Source: Octopus sinensis (Eukaryota). Taken from it: 57,419 bases of DNA. The stretch lies in the NCBI RefSeq assembly GCF_006345805.1, contig NW_021834313.1:1-57419 (forward strand). The letters run 5' to 3'. Both the position numbers and the translations under genes were made by a program. Shown one piece after another: positions 25,308 through 38,300 of this stretch (within the stretch, counting starts at the first letter, position 1; every line of letters begins with the position of its first letter). The notes under the pieces are model-generated. The model was not told where the DNA came from. It searched no databases and saw nothing but the letters and a program-made list of their open reading frames with translations.

Positions 25308-26410
25308 TATTATTATTATTATTATTATTATTATTGTTGTTGTTGTTGTTTTTGTTGTCATCGTCGCCATAGGTGGACGTGTTTTGGAGCTCCGTAGGTT
25401 TGTGAGAATTTCACTCGTTTGAAAGGTTTTATACCTCATTTTTGTTATTTAAAATATTTTGGAGGCGAAAGCCCCATTTAGAGTGGGGTGGGTGGGGTGT
25501 CTTACAACCTTTTTTCTTTTTTTTTTTAAATTCCTCGAAATTCTTCGACTTGTTTTGAGCTTGTAAGATACTGTTGATTATTGTTGCCACCTGAAATTTT
25601 GTTAACTGTTTTATTGAACTGTTGTGTTTGTAAAACATTGTGCACCAGAGGACTTAGGTGTAAGGAGAATTTGGGACATATTTTAATCCTTGAAGGGATA
25701 TATTTTTCACAAAAAGCAATATCGCTTCCCAAGTCAGGGGGAGTGGCAGGGGCTCTTCTAGCAGCCGGTACTCTGTTTACTTTCTCCCTGCTGGGCAGCA
25801 GCACCACCGACACCGTCAACTGTAGCAACACACTCAACACAGAAATGACCTCTACTGAAAGCTCCACCAACACCACCACCACACCACCTCTATAACAGCA
25901 ACGACAGAAACAGAGAAAAACAACAACCAACATGACCAGGCTGACAGTCATAAACACAAATAGCATCAAACGCACGTACCATTTAGGAGATCACACTGGC
26001 ACCACACGCGTAATCACAGGAATGTGAGTTCGAGTCTCATGGTTGGCCGGTAACGTATTTTTCTGCAAAATATGGATAATTTATCCTGATCACGCTATTT
26101 TATTAGCATTATCACGCGTTTGGGAATAAAAACATTATTTCTGTATCTTTCAATACATCTCAACGTTTCTAAAACAAACTTTGCTTGTTTACTTCCATCG
26201 TAAAATATTTTGTTTTCCCAACACACAACACACCACCACCACCACACACAAATTTTCAAAATATCACAACACAAATACAACATGATAAAATCAAATTACC
26301 TCGAAGCTGATGGGCAGTTTCAAAAATGACATTTCCAAAAGACTTTTCGAAAATCTACTCATAGAAATACCCATCCAAGCACAAACAGACCGCTCCACCA
26401 GAAAACAGCG

Positions 26411-27560
26411 GTGAGTAGCGCACTCACAGTGGTTTGTATGAACGCCCGTTGCCTCGGGTCGCCTTGGAAACAAGGTCACACATTCAAAAACGACCAGAGG
26501 TCACATAGTATAGATGTAGCAGTCATTAAGGAATCCAGACTTTCCGAACTGCAGGCCATCATGCTCCTTTTCGGTAGATACGAGATCTGCCTATTTCTGT
26601 GTCGGGAGGTAGGAGGCGATGGTGGTACTGCGGTATTGTTCCGGAAGGTCTGGATCTGAAAGCAAAGGTAATCTTCTTGGATCCGGAAGGTAGTTTCGTG
26701 GCCCTGGATGTGAGCCGGAGTGACGGGGGAGCTTTGATACAGGTGGCTACTTATGCTCCAAGAGCAGGGCTGCTGGATTATTTCAGGCGTCTGGAAGCTT
26801 TCCTGAAACGTCTCGAACATTACTGTTACTAGGGGTGGAACGCTGTTTTAGATGGACTTTTGGACTACGTGGAGCTATCTGATAGGAAAGAGGGGTGCAA
26901 AAGCCTCACAAATCTGCTCAGACCTTTTCAACTGTCTGACAGGTTCTCACTAGGGAATGTGCCTATGTGGAGTTGGAAAAACTGCATCGGGTTATATAGA
27001 TCGTATCTAGATAGAGTTTTCTGTAGGCCAGCAGATAAGGACTGTATAGGTTGTCCATACTTTCACATGGTCGGCTGGACAGACCGGAAATTTATTATAC
27101 GTACGGTCGACTTTGATAGGCTTCATAGACAGAGCCCCAGTTATTGGGGGCTAATCGCCTCGCTCCCGGCGCGCTAAGTTTACAGAGACTTGATTAGCAT
27201 ATTAATTAAGCGGACGTTGACGGGGGCAGTCGTCAACAGCAACTGGTGGTTTGTTCTTAAAAGGGCAATTAGAGAAGAATTTATTAGGTTTGAGTAAGGC
27301 CTCAGCGATAGAAAGAAGTAGAATAGAGGGAGACTTAGTTAGAAAGTTAGATAAAGCACTCAGAAAAGGCATCGCAACCGACGTGTTGGCGGCGAGATTG
27401 GCCCTCGACCAATACTTCGACGCCAAACACGGGGCGAGAACGAAACCCGCTCGATGGGCCCAAGTGGCGGAGGCAAGACGTGGCAAGAAAGCCACCATTT
27501 GGTCTTTGGCGGACCAAAATGGGTGCCTGATGCTTGAACCGAAGCAGAAAATTTGGTTTC
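26411..27560 (+). mobile_element. L1/Tx1-clade LINE ORF2 N-terminal AP-endonuclease fragment, frameshifted
   Basis: VVCMNARCL..DVAVIKESR..GTAVLFRK..DPEGSFVALDV..ATYAP..WNAVLD..RSYLDRVF..SPSYWGL. Confidence 0.85.
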
Positions 27561-27674
27561 TATTTCTTACCAACCCCAAATACCTCACAAATTCTCTTTC
27601 GTTGGGTCGTGCTTTTTAGACTTTATTGGAATGATTATATCTCGATTTATTTAGAAAAGTATTTAGGAATATAT

Positions 27675-27790
27675 AAATGAAGCGATAACATTGCTTTCTT
27701 TTATTAATCGCTTCATTTCACAGATTTATGACCCCGCCTCTCTCTCTACGTACGTGAACACTGCTTGGCCTTGGCACGTTAACCGTCTCT
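27675..27790 (+). repeat. Second hairpin-headed element related to 12526-12730
   Basis: 12-bp stem AAATGAAGCGAT/ATCGCTTCATTT, then shared ACGTGAAC..CCTTGGCA..AACCGT. Confidence 0.5.
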
Positions 27791-29013
27791 TTAGTTTCTC
27801 TCACTTTCTCTCTTAAAACTTTGACAAAACTGAACATTTTCAATGAAGAGACGAAATTATCTATTTAATGCGAAGAAATTGAAACTTATCAACGAAATTG
27901 GGAGACAATATAGTTTGAAGAATGTAATGAATAATTATGATAACGAAAGTGAGAGAAACAATGTTATCAATATTGTATATTGTATACCGTTGTCGAATAA
28001 AATAGTGATCGTTTCTGTACATGAGTAGCTAGGTGTGTGTTTGAGTATGTTTGTGTGTGTGCTTCTGTGTGTGTGCTTGTGTGTGCGTGCATGCGCGCTT
28101 ATGAGTATATGTGTGTGTGTGCTTGTGTGTGCGCGCGCGCTTATGAGTGTATGTGTGTGTGCTTGTGTGTGTATGTGTGTATGTTTGTGAGAGTGTGTGC
28201 GTGCTTGTATGTATAAGGTTGCGTATGTATGTAAAAATATGGTAATGGATCGTTTCAGGAGTTAAGTGTAGCAGCTGATTCCATTGTTTGACGAGAGTGA
28301 AAGAAATGAGTAAATAGATAAATAAATAAATAAATAAATAAAGGGTTTGCAAGTATCCTCCTGGAGAGACAAGTTCACGTTGGCAAGCACTTTTGTTAAA
28401 TATTTGATCTCCACATGGAAATTTATTTAAGCCAAGGTTCCTTATCAGATTTATAAGCATCACCGAAAGAATGGATCCATTGGAACCTAGACCTGAAATA
28501 TTCGGTCGCAGTGCCTAAAGTATATGTTGCAATTGCGATTTGCTGCTCGGAGCAGTTTGGATCATCTGTTCTTTTGTTCCACGGATAATAATGTCCGAGA
28601 AACTTTGCATAGTAGTTTCGGAATGTCGCGACTGACGATTCATAAGCATGCGCTAAAGCTGTGACATTTGCAAAGATTCTAAACGGTCAGTAGGAGTGGT
28701 CATTGTTTATATAGCACATATTACAAATCATCTCTTAGGAACTGCAGTTCTAGAACCTGCTAAGCCAAAGATTGATTACCTGTCCTCCAGGGTGCTGCAA
28801 GGAACTATGAATACTTTGTCAATCGGATAATTCGCCAATCCATATTATTATTTTGGTTGCTGGTAGAAGGAATGATCAATGATGTGCAGGTATTGAAAAG
28901 ACTTCGCTCAGCCTCTTTCTTCCGGTCATTTCTTCGCGTTAAGCCATTAACTCCTACACATTTTCCCCCTCTCTCCATTTTCTTGTTCGCATTCCATTTT
29001 ATTCTGCTTAATC

Positions 29014-29138
29014 CTCTCTGTCGAAGAGCGTAAGCTCGAAACATCAAAGACATTTCCTTTCTTCCCGAGCTTCAGACTAATATACTTACTTGTTGTTTCC
29101 GCCCCTGTGTTTGTCATTTTTGTATCTGAATTTGAACG
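29014..29138 (+). mobile_element. Short repeat with hammerhead-like motif, copy 2
   Basis: CTGTCGA-A-GAGC-GTAA-GCTC-GAAA-CATCA; homologous to 23624-23746. Confidence 0.6.
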
Positions 29139-29744
29139 GTATTAAAAAGACTAGCTTAGGAATAATTTCAGAATGATGCTCAAAATAAATCCTTTGCAAA
29201 ACGTATAGAAATCACTGGCTTGACAATATTATGAGGAATATTGCAAGTTCTGTTTATGCTAGACAAACATTATATTCACGATATAGGTGACTTCCCAAAG
29301 ATGCAACATGAGTGACTAACTTTCCTTTATCATGTGTTCAATACCTAAGCAGTGTTGCTGATATTTGTCAATCTATTCAAGTCCTATTGTAACGTGTAAG
29401 GGAAAAGAAACTTTTTGACGAGTCACTTATAAAAATTTTAACTTTTCTGTTAATGAGGGAAATGCTGTTTTCTTATGCCAGGATCTGCATCAAGACGGAT
29501 CTGCATCTCTTTGCCAATCTCTCACTAGTGTCCTCCTGACTATCCTTCTTTCCTTTCCACCTCTCTTTCTCCACTGCTTTCTCCTTCTTCATCTCCCGTC
29601 TTTCTTCCCCACATTTTCCTCTACATCCTCTTCCCTCTCCTCCTTCTCCCCGTCCTCATCTTCATCAGTGTTTCATAGGCATTGCTGTAACACTAGTAAT
29701 GCAGATAGTAGTAATTAGAAGTGCCAAGTAACAACCGAAGCAAC

Positions 29745-29747
29745 AAC

Positions 29748-29794
<47 letters not shown>

Positions 29795-29819
29795 CGGCAG
29801 CAGCAACAACAGTGGCAAC

Positions 29820-29852
<33 letters not shown>

Positions 29853-29930
29853 CGTAGCAATAGTAGTAACTATAGCAGCAGCAATAGCTGCAATAGTAGT
29901 GATTCTACTAGTAATAGTAGTAGTATGACC
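29745..29930. repeat. (TAG)n/(CAG)n microsatellite
   Basis: Directly visible. Confidence 0.95.
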
Positions 29931-30651
29931 GGCACTTATAAACAAGAGCAAACAACCATTCTTTGTTAATATATGATTCTTGTTATTGTTTTTCTTCTTG
30001 ATCCTGTTCTTCTTCCTCTTCATCCTCACCTTCCATTTCTTCTCCTTCTTTCTTCTCCGCCTTCTTCTTTCTCTTTTCTTCTCCCCAACCTCACAGATGC
30101 AAATCATTGCGCCTCGACTTTTCCATTCAGTAATTCATTAAGACCTCCCGTCGTTTATTTTCGTTAAGAGTTCGTAACGCCGTCTTGTCAACTAGTCACT
30201 CTATCACAACGCTCCTATGTATGTCATGTATATTTATGCATACACACACGCATATACGCACAAACACATACACACACACACACACATATATATATATGTA
30301 TGTATGTGTGTGTGTGAGTGAGATAGTGTGGGTGTGTGTATGAGTGTATAGGTACATACCTATGTATAAAGATACACACACATATATATATATACTGTAA
30401 ATATATATATATATATACATGCATACATACATACATGACAGATTAAATATAAATGTATATGCACGTTGCGTTACATTACTTATACACACACTCACGCACA
30501 AACACACACATATATGCATATATATGTATATATATATGTATATATATGTATATATATATATATGTATATATATGTATATATGTATATACATATATGTATA
30601 TATATATATATTATATATATATATATGTATATATATATGTATGTATATATA

Positions 30652-30697
<46 letters not shown>

Positions 30698-30933
30698 ATA
30701 TGTATGTATGTATATACAGATGCAGTCATTACGTCAATATGTGATTTAGATTAAGAGATCTGTGAGTAATGTTTATTACTTTCATTGTTTCCTCATCTTT
30801 AAGTGCTTTCCAGATCGCGCAAATGCATTGTTTAGGATGTTACAACTATTTCATAAATGGGGGAGCAACAAGTGCATTCATACCTATTATTTTGTTTTTG
30901 TGCTTAATCTACATTTTAGATTTTTTTCTGTGT

Positions 30934-30987
<54 letters not shown>

Positions 30988-31756
30988 TATTTTCATTATT
31001 TGTTGTTGATATTTTTCTCTTCTTTTCCATAAATATGAATCAAAATTCTTCTTCTGCCATCTCGTTTCCTAATATTTTCGTCGTCCTCTCACAGCAGGCT
31101 GTGTTATATCAAGTATATCTAATACTCTGTCGGCTTATGTGCGTGTATGTGCGAATGCGTACGATATCACACTCATTCTTTAATTTTCTATATCTACGTC
31201 GACAAACGATTTATTATTACTTCTTCGTAATGCAATCATTGCTACGGTTTGTTGTCTTTATGTTGTGCTAACGATATTTCTTGTTGTGGGTTGTTATTGT
31301 TCCGTGTTCTTGTTATCCTCCTCTTCCCCTCCTCTTCGATGCCGTCGTTATCGCTGTAACGATGTTGTTTGTTTGATTGCTGTTCTCTTCTACACCAAAA
31401 ATTCTCCTCGGTTTATTATCGATGTCATGTTCATATTTAATAATTTGATTATTATTTCTAAGAAATTACATTTCGCATTTTAGAAATCAAATGCAAAAAT
31501 GAATGCTGTCTTTGTCTCTTATTTTGTTTTATTTTGTTAATGTACTCAAAATACACGTGTGTTGGAAGCAAGTAGAGTCTTTTATAATTATTATTAAACC
31601 GGATTACTTCTTCACATATAGAGGTTTCGTGCCGGAGACATTGAACAAGAACACGAAACGCAACATTTTAACTCTCCTATCACTCACGTTATACCTCTTG
31701 CTTTCTCTTTCTCTCTAAGTATATGTATATATCCAATACATGCATTCACTTAACTA

Positions 31757-32078
31757 GTACTGAGACAGTTACAACGATGAGGGCTCCAGTTGATCTCGTC
31801 AACGGAATATCCACCTCGAGAAATTCACGTGCAAAGTGGCTGAGAACTCCACAGACACGCGTATCTTTAACGTAGGTCTTAGAGTGATTTAGTGTGAAAC
31901 AAAATGTAACAAGTCTGGCTATTTGGAATACTGGTACTTCTCATTTTTGCCAGCGGAGTTGACTGGAGCAATATGAAATAAAGTCTCTTGCTTGAGCACA
32001 CAAAGCGCCGTCAGGAATCGTACTCAAGATATTACGGTCGTGAACCGAATACCCTAAACACTAAGCCACGAGCCTTCA
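31757..32078 (-). mobile_element. Chimeric SINE: family C head/core plus tail D
   Basis: CATTTTTGCCAGC.GAG.TGACTGGAGCAA core and CACTAAGCCACG head as in family C; tail shared with 4742-4810. Confidence 0.8.
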
Positions 32079-32314
32079 CTACATACATACAAGCACGCTC
32101 ACTGCCCCCTTTATCGATATCGGCTTCTATCATTTCCACATTCTATCAATTCTTACTTTTATCGATTCTTACCTCTTCTAATTCTACCCTATATGATTCT
32201 TTTTGCTACCGATTCTCCCACCCACAAATCTGCCCCCTACCAATTTTGTCCCTTTAATAATTCGGTCATCTACTATTCTACCTTCTAAAGATTCGATCGA
32301 TCGATCCGGCAATC

Positions 32315-32645
32315 CATCTATCCTTCAATCTGTCCATGCGTCCGCCTGTCTATCTGTCCATCCATCCGTCGGTCCATCCATCCGTCCGTCCGTCCATCCA
32401 TCCTTCCATCCATCCATCCATCCATCCATCTTTCCATCCATCCGTCCACCCATCCGTCCGTCCATCTATCCGTCGGTCCATCCGTCCGTCCGTCCGTCCA
32501 TCCAGCCATCCATCCATCCATCCATCCATCTTTCCTTCCGTCCGTCCATCCGTCCGTCCGTCCATCCGTCCGTCCATTCATCCGTCCGTCCGTCCGTTCA
32601 TCCGTCCGTCCGTCCATCCGTCCGTCCGTCCGTCCATCCATCCAT
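32315..32645. repeat. Mixed (TCCA)n/(TCCG)n tetranucleotide repeat
   Basis: Directly visible. Confidence 0.97.
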
Positions 32646-32843
32646 TGATGCTGCTCTCTACATCTGCTCTTTAGAATTTTATTATTTCTAATATAAGGAT
32701 AAAACCATTAAATTTGAATTTGTATATAGCTATACCATCGACTCCAGAAGAACACACAGCTCACTACATACATACGGTATTAGAGCCCAAAGCGTAGAGA
32801 GATTTATGTCAACTCATTTACTCAGTCGATTGTCTACAGCAGT

Positions 32844-33080
32844 AAATTAAATTAAAGTTACCTCCTCGAGTCATACCGACTCATAGGGGCCGGTTTTCTG
32901 GTTTCATGGCGTATATATTCTCCGCGAGGACGGGACGCCGGTCCGTCGCAGGATTACACATTCTTGCCAGCTGAGTGGATTGGAGCAACGTTAAGTGAAG
33001 TGTTTTGGTCCAGGAATCGAAATCACTATCTTACGTTCATGAGTCTAACACCCCAATCACTAAGCCACGCGACTCCACCA
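32844..33080 (-). mobile_element. SINE family C with 11-bp TSD
   Basis: TCTACAGCAGT at 32833-32843 and 33081-33091. Confidence 0.88.
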
Positions 33081-33087
33081 TCTACAG

Positions 33088-33287
33088 CAGTGGTTCTCAA
33101 CCTTTTTTAAATCACCAGGCCATATCCAATTGTGGACTCTTTTAGGGGCCCACATCAAAAATGTAAAACAAGAGTCAATTAAAGAAAAGATTATTATATA
33201 TAGAGAGAAAAGGAAGACCGTCGGGGCACGCTGTAGGGATACTTGAGGGCCGAATCCAGTCCTGGGAGCCCAGTTTCACAAATGCTG
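33088..33287. mobile_element. hAT/Charlie-type MITE remnant
   Basis: Starts CAGTGGTTCTCAACC (typical Charlie TIR); degenerate right end CAGTTTCACAAATGCTG. Confidence 0.5.
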
Positions 33288-34047
33288 TTCTCAATTCAAC
33301 TGGTTTCTCTCGAAATAATTATTTGCATCATTGTTTAATTTTACATAGACCAAAGTCGAAGGCTTTCTTTTGAGTATACAATGTAATGTCCACTGTAGCC
33401 TTGATGAATAGCAATCATAAGAAATATTTTCCTTAAGAAGTAAGAAACCAATACATTTGTAAAAACCTCATAAAGCAAGAAATGACACTGTTGTACATAA
33501 ATAGATAAGTAATATTAGTAAATAAATACGGATGAAATTGCTGCATGTTGTATAAAAACGCATTCCATTCAGTAACAAAACAGTAACACTCTCTTACCGA
33601 CCCGACGCCCAAAGCAATGAAACAACCGACTATATACAAAAAAGAATAGAATGTAATATATACGAGTCAGAGTCAGGTTCTATAATTGGCTAGATAAATC
33701 GTCATATAAATTACTAAACAACTCACTGATATAATTAGAAATCGTTACGGAGAATCAGATTAGGAAATTTAATTAGAAACTAGAAGAAAAAAATTTGAGT
33801 AAGGAAATTAAGGTTAGAAAGTAACCAGAGAGGAAGAAGAAAATTCTGTGATTGTAAAGTATAGGTGTCCTGATAAAAATAAATCAGGCTAAGTGAACAG
33901 TTGTAATGTTTGATGTCTTATATACAGAAATTAATGCTACAAAAACAGTGTAAATTTAATTGAAATACACATACGCTGGATGAAACTTCCCCCCTCGGAG
34001 TATTTTTGCTTCGCTCTACAAATACACACACACACACACATACAAAC

Positions 34048-34078
<31 letters not shown>

Positions 34079-34341
34079 AACACACACAAACACACACACA
34101 AACACACACACAAAAACATGTAATCGGTAGAAGTTTAAAAGTTTCAAACTTACTGAAGAGACGAAGATGCAAGTTCTACTACTTAAAAATGAAAACCTCA
34201 TGATTTGATTACTTATATATTTCTTTACTACCCACAATTTTCTTGAACTTTAAAATTAAAATTTTAAAATATAAAACTGTAAAGCTTTTTGAAAATACTA
34301 TCTGGATTAGATCCAATGAATACTTATGCACAAATCTAAAA

Positions 34342-34545
34342 CACAGAAGGGACAAACAAGGACAGACAAACAGATTAAGTCGATTACATCGACCCCAGTG
34401 CGTAACTGGTACTTAATTTATCGAGCCCGAAAGGATGAAAGGCAAAGTCGACCTCGGCGGAATTTGAACTCAGAACGTAACGGCAGACGAAATACGGCTA
34501 CGCATTTCACCAGGCGTGCTAACGTTTCTGCCAGCTCGCCGCCTT
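34342..34545 (-). mobile_element. SINE family B
   Basis: GAAAGGATGAAAGGCAAAGTCGACCTCGGCGGAATTTGAACTCAGAACGTAA..CTGCCAGCTCGCCGCCTT. Confidence 0.92.
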
Positions 34546-34674
34546 TGAGTACTTATAATAAATATTAGATAAGAAATCTACTGGTTTACATCTGGTAGCT
34601 TACTGGTAAAGCAGTGTTGGTTATGTATATGTAAAGAAAAACATGGAAGACGGAATATACGAGAATTTATATTA

Positions 34675-34773
34675 ATCACGACAATTGTTTCGACACATCG
34701 ACCCTGCACGGGTGGGACACTTAACAACTTGTTCAGGAGTGCCCGGCGGTGCATTTATGTCTCATCGGGTGAT
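34675..34773 (-). ncRNA. Type-I hammerhead ribozyme motif with extended stem II (U4C)
   Basis: Minus strand AUCAC-CCGAUGA-GACAUA...UGUGUC-GAAA-CAAUUG-UC-GUGAU: 5-bp stem I, palindromic CAAUUG stem III, GUC triplet. Confidence 0.7.
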
Positions 34774-36339
34774 AAATAGAAATAACTCGTTAAAATAACA
34801 GTTCCGCAATATATCTTCTCATTTCGTAGAAAGAAAAAAGCATCAAAACGAAGGCTATGTCTTCATTTATCAGGTCATCCCATAAGTTCTCTCCGAATTT
34901 TGAATAAAGAAAACAAGAGATCAAACAAAGAATTTATTTACGATTTTAGATTTGTGCATAAGTATTCATTGGATTTAATCCAGATAGTATTTTCAAAAAG
35001 CTTTACAGTTTTATATTTTAAAAATTTAATTTTAAAGTTTAAGAAAATTATAAGACGCTAAATATTTATGCTTACAACATACTAAAATGTCTAATTTTAT
35101 TTAATAATGTCTTTATTTCTATTACTAGCGTATAGTATGCTACTCGATTCCTTGATGCAAAGCCTATACGATTTAGTATATGTGTTCTATGGTGTTGATT
35201 CAGTAATTATCGATCATCGTTAATTATACTCAATGTTAGACTGTATGAGGTGGTTAATGTATGATGCTAATGTCGTGGAATTTTTTTATATAGGGGTGAA
35301 TAAATGAATTCTTGCGTCCCCTACATCTATTTTTAAAATCAGTAGTACTCCCTATATAAATTTTCATAATGGGAGCCTTAACTCCAAAATTTTAGTCGTT
35401 TCTTTTATGATCCAAAACTAGGTCAAAAGTACTGAATGGATATTTATGAACTTTGGAAATTATATTCTATGCATAAGGGCCATAACCCCCATGACAATTC
35501 ATATATTTTTCCTGTTGATGAAATTTTAACCATAGATATTAGACACAAATGAAATAATATTTATAAAATTTCATCTTCTTACAAAGTCAGAAAGACCCCT
35601 CCATGGGGACTTGACACCCACAATTTTGTCATTTTATCTAAGCAAAAACGAATACAGTTGTGCTCTTGGAAGCTGTAGGATTACCCAGCATAAAAGTTGG
35701 ATTATTTCTAATTCAATGCTACAACAGTGTCAGTTTGCTTTGACATACACTTACATTGATTTCTGCAATGTGGTGCATAATTGTCAAGTAGAGAGGCATC
35801 TTTGCCTCTACTGATTCAGTCGCAAAGTTTGAGTAAAGTTATTTGATTGCAGACCTCCTTTCAGTCTTTTTATTATCACTCGGTCACACATAGTCCCCAG
35901 ATTATAACATTGATTTCAAGGCCTTCCCAGATGAGTGACTGGTTATTCAAAGACATTTATAGATTTTAAATTTACTCTGTCCATTTACGTATCAGTATAG
36001 TGGTCATTTTCAAACTCCAGATGTGACACTTTAATTTCTCCTTAGCCCTCACGTCACACAGTTGTTAATGTTGATTTCAGTTGGGTCACGCCCTTCCAAT
36101 TGCTGTAGATTCGTAATGCATCTTACGGCTGTGCCTGTCACCTGGATAGTGTGGAATCCTACTTTGGGAGTGGTAACGACTAGGGTAGGGTAACTGACTG
36201 CTTATTGTGATCATTCGTCTTTTGGTTTCCTGTAGCTTTGCTCTCTTTTACAAACCCTGTAAACATATATTTCCTATTTCAAAGAAATTCAAACAATAGA
36301 TATAAGACCCAAGTTAAAAAGATTTTCAACAATTCAACT

Positions 36340-36668
36340 TCTCTAGTTGACATTAAGATGCCCACACCCAACAGGGGCCTTAACTCTCATATTTTAGAGC
36401 TCAGTGACTTTCATTTTTCAGGAGCCAAATCGTTTTAACAGGTTCAATAAGACTGGAATTTTGGAATATGCACATAAAAATTAGTAGTATGGGATACATG
36501 TGGCACGATTACAATTTTTTAGGGTGTGTAAAGAGGGAAATAATCCCCATCTGAAATTTTGATGAAATTCGAAACATAGATATTCCAGTTCATTACAGAG
36601 AATATAACAGAAAAGTCTAATTCTTCTTCAATTGAATGTAACCAGGCAACGCCGGGTATCTCTGCTAG
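36340..36668 (+). mobile_element. Helitron-like 3' terminus (non-autonomous remnant; 5' boundary uncertain)
   Basis: Subterminal hairpin CCAGGC-AAC-GCCGGG followed after a short spacer by CTAG|T. Confidence 0.65.
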
Positions 36669-36760
<92 letters not shown>

Positions 36761-37877
36761 ATCTAATTGACAAGCGTTAACAATAGGGGAGTTGAACCAT
36801 GTAAATAAAATAACCAAACCACTGATGTGAAAATATGGAAAATTTAAATGACTCTGGTCATAACTCACCTCAGATAATTATACATATGATCACCGAGTGT
36901 ATTATTTGTCTGGATTGCTTAAATTATCGGAAAACAATTAGTAACGACGGTAGTTTTCAAAACAATTCTCGCTTTCTAAATTGTCCATTGAGACGGATGA
37001 AAACTTTGATTCGTGCTGCTTTTGTGTCTGTCGGTGTCCTGGTACGGAGTAAAAGGAAATTTCATACTTAAAGGAGCTGTTGTTGATACTGTTGTTTCAT
37101 TTTTCACAGCTGTTTATCCCATGGCCAGGCTTCGCGTTCAATCAAAGCTTAAATCGAAGGCATTCTAGACGTTAACTTATTGTAGATGTGGTGGTAGACT
37201 CCAGCAGAAGCCGGTATTTGTTTCGCTGTTAACTGAAAAATTTGGAACCTCCAATTGGTTAGCAAATTCTATATTCTGAAAAATAGATATGACATTCCTT
37301 GAAAGATATCTTCATATTAAAAAAAAAAAATCATTTATTCTTCGACATCATATTTCTTCAACAATTGCTTTTTGTCCACTCATCTTCTTCATCTTCCTAC
37401 GCAGTATTGCTTCCGGAGAATATGGTAATTCAGACATGAAAATATTACATGTCTTCGCATAAAAATAGTTGAAATTGCGTTCATCTGCACATAGGGTGGA
37501 ATTGATAAAAACGCAATGCGCTTGCTAATGGTTTTAGAAATAACCAATTCTCTGTCCTGTTAATCAATCATATCTCGATGTGTTATGGAATAAATTTTGC
37601 TTCTTTATTCTTGAACATAACTCCTCAGAAGTTTGAACAATCTGAACGACGAAATTTAGATCCACATTTGAAGCAACTGAAGAGCCTGACCAAATATTTA
37701 CGTTCTTCTGTGTTGTATTTTTTGTTGATCGGAAAACCACGTAGCAATTCCCCCATTGACACGAAATGGTAGGAAAAATCATGAGATGATAGAATATGTC
37801 TAGTATATTGAATGCAAATTCATCGGGGTAAACAACAATAAGAACAAAATGAATCGCTTTCTTATGCCGCGAACATA

Positions 37878-37916
<39 letters not shown>

Positions 37917-38300
37917 ACACACACACACATACACGCACGTACGCCTACGCCCACACATATGCTGAACATATTGTATCTTATATTTTATAGCAAAAGCCTC
38001 CGACCATTTATATTAATAAACTATTATTCTTCCTGAAAATTGTCTTTTATACCTACCACGGATTGATAGAGGCTAACTAACTTCCTACACCTAGATTCTT
38101 GAATCGTACAATTATACATACATGCATGTATCTATATGTTAAGATGCTGGAAAGGTAGAAAGATGGGATATTTCCAAGGCAGTATTCAATCCAAGTGCCA
38201 GGCACGCAATTCAAGATCACACCTTTTGATGCAAATCTGCTGAAATGACATTCTACTTTTTACACCTTCAAATATTACGAAATTTTCTTAATGGAATATT

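Larger units (their letters stand above)
34236..35049. mobile_element. Fold-back (PLE-type) element with ~106-bp inverted arms, containing a hammerhead and a nested SINE
   Basis: 34236-34341 is a near-perfect reverse complement of 34944-35049. Confidence 0.8.

Noticed and set aside
25526-26060. 149-aa ORF and a B-box-like GAGTTCGAGTC
   Set aside because: Low-complexity translation and no A-box or cloverleaf; may be LINE-associated but cannot be assigned
30196-31271. Long YI/CV/HT-repeat ORFs here and in 38800-47200
   Set aside because: Artefacts of dinucleotide microsatellites lacking stop codons
32203-32691. Pro/Ser/His-rich 162-aa ORF
   Set aside because: Derived from the (TCCA/TCCG)n repeat
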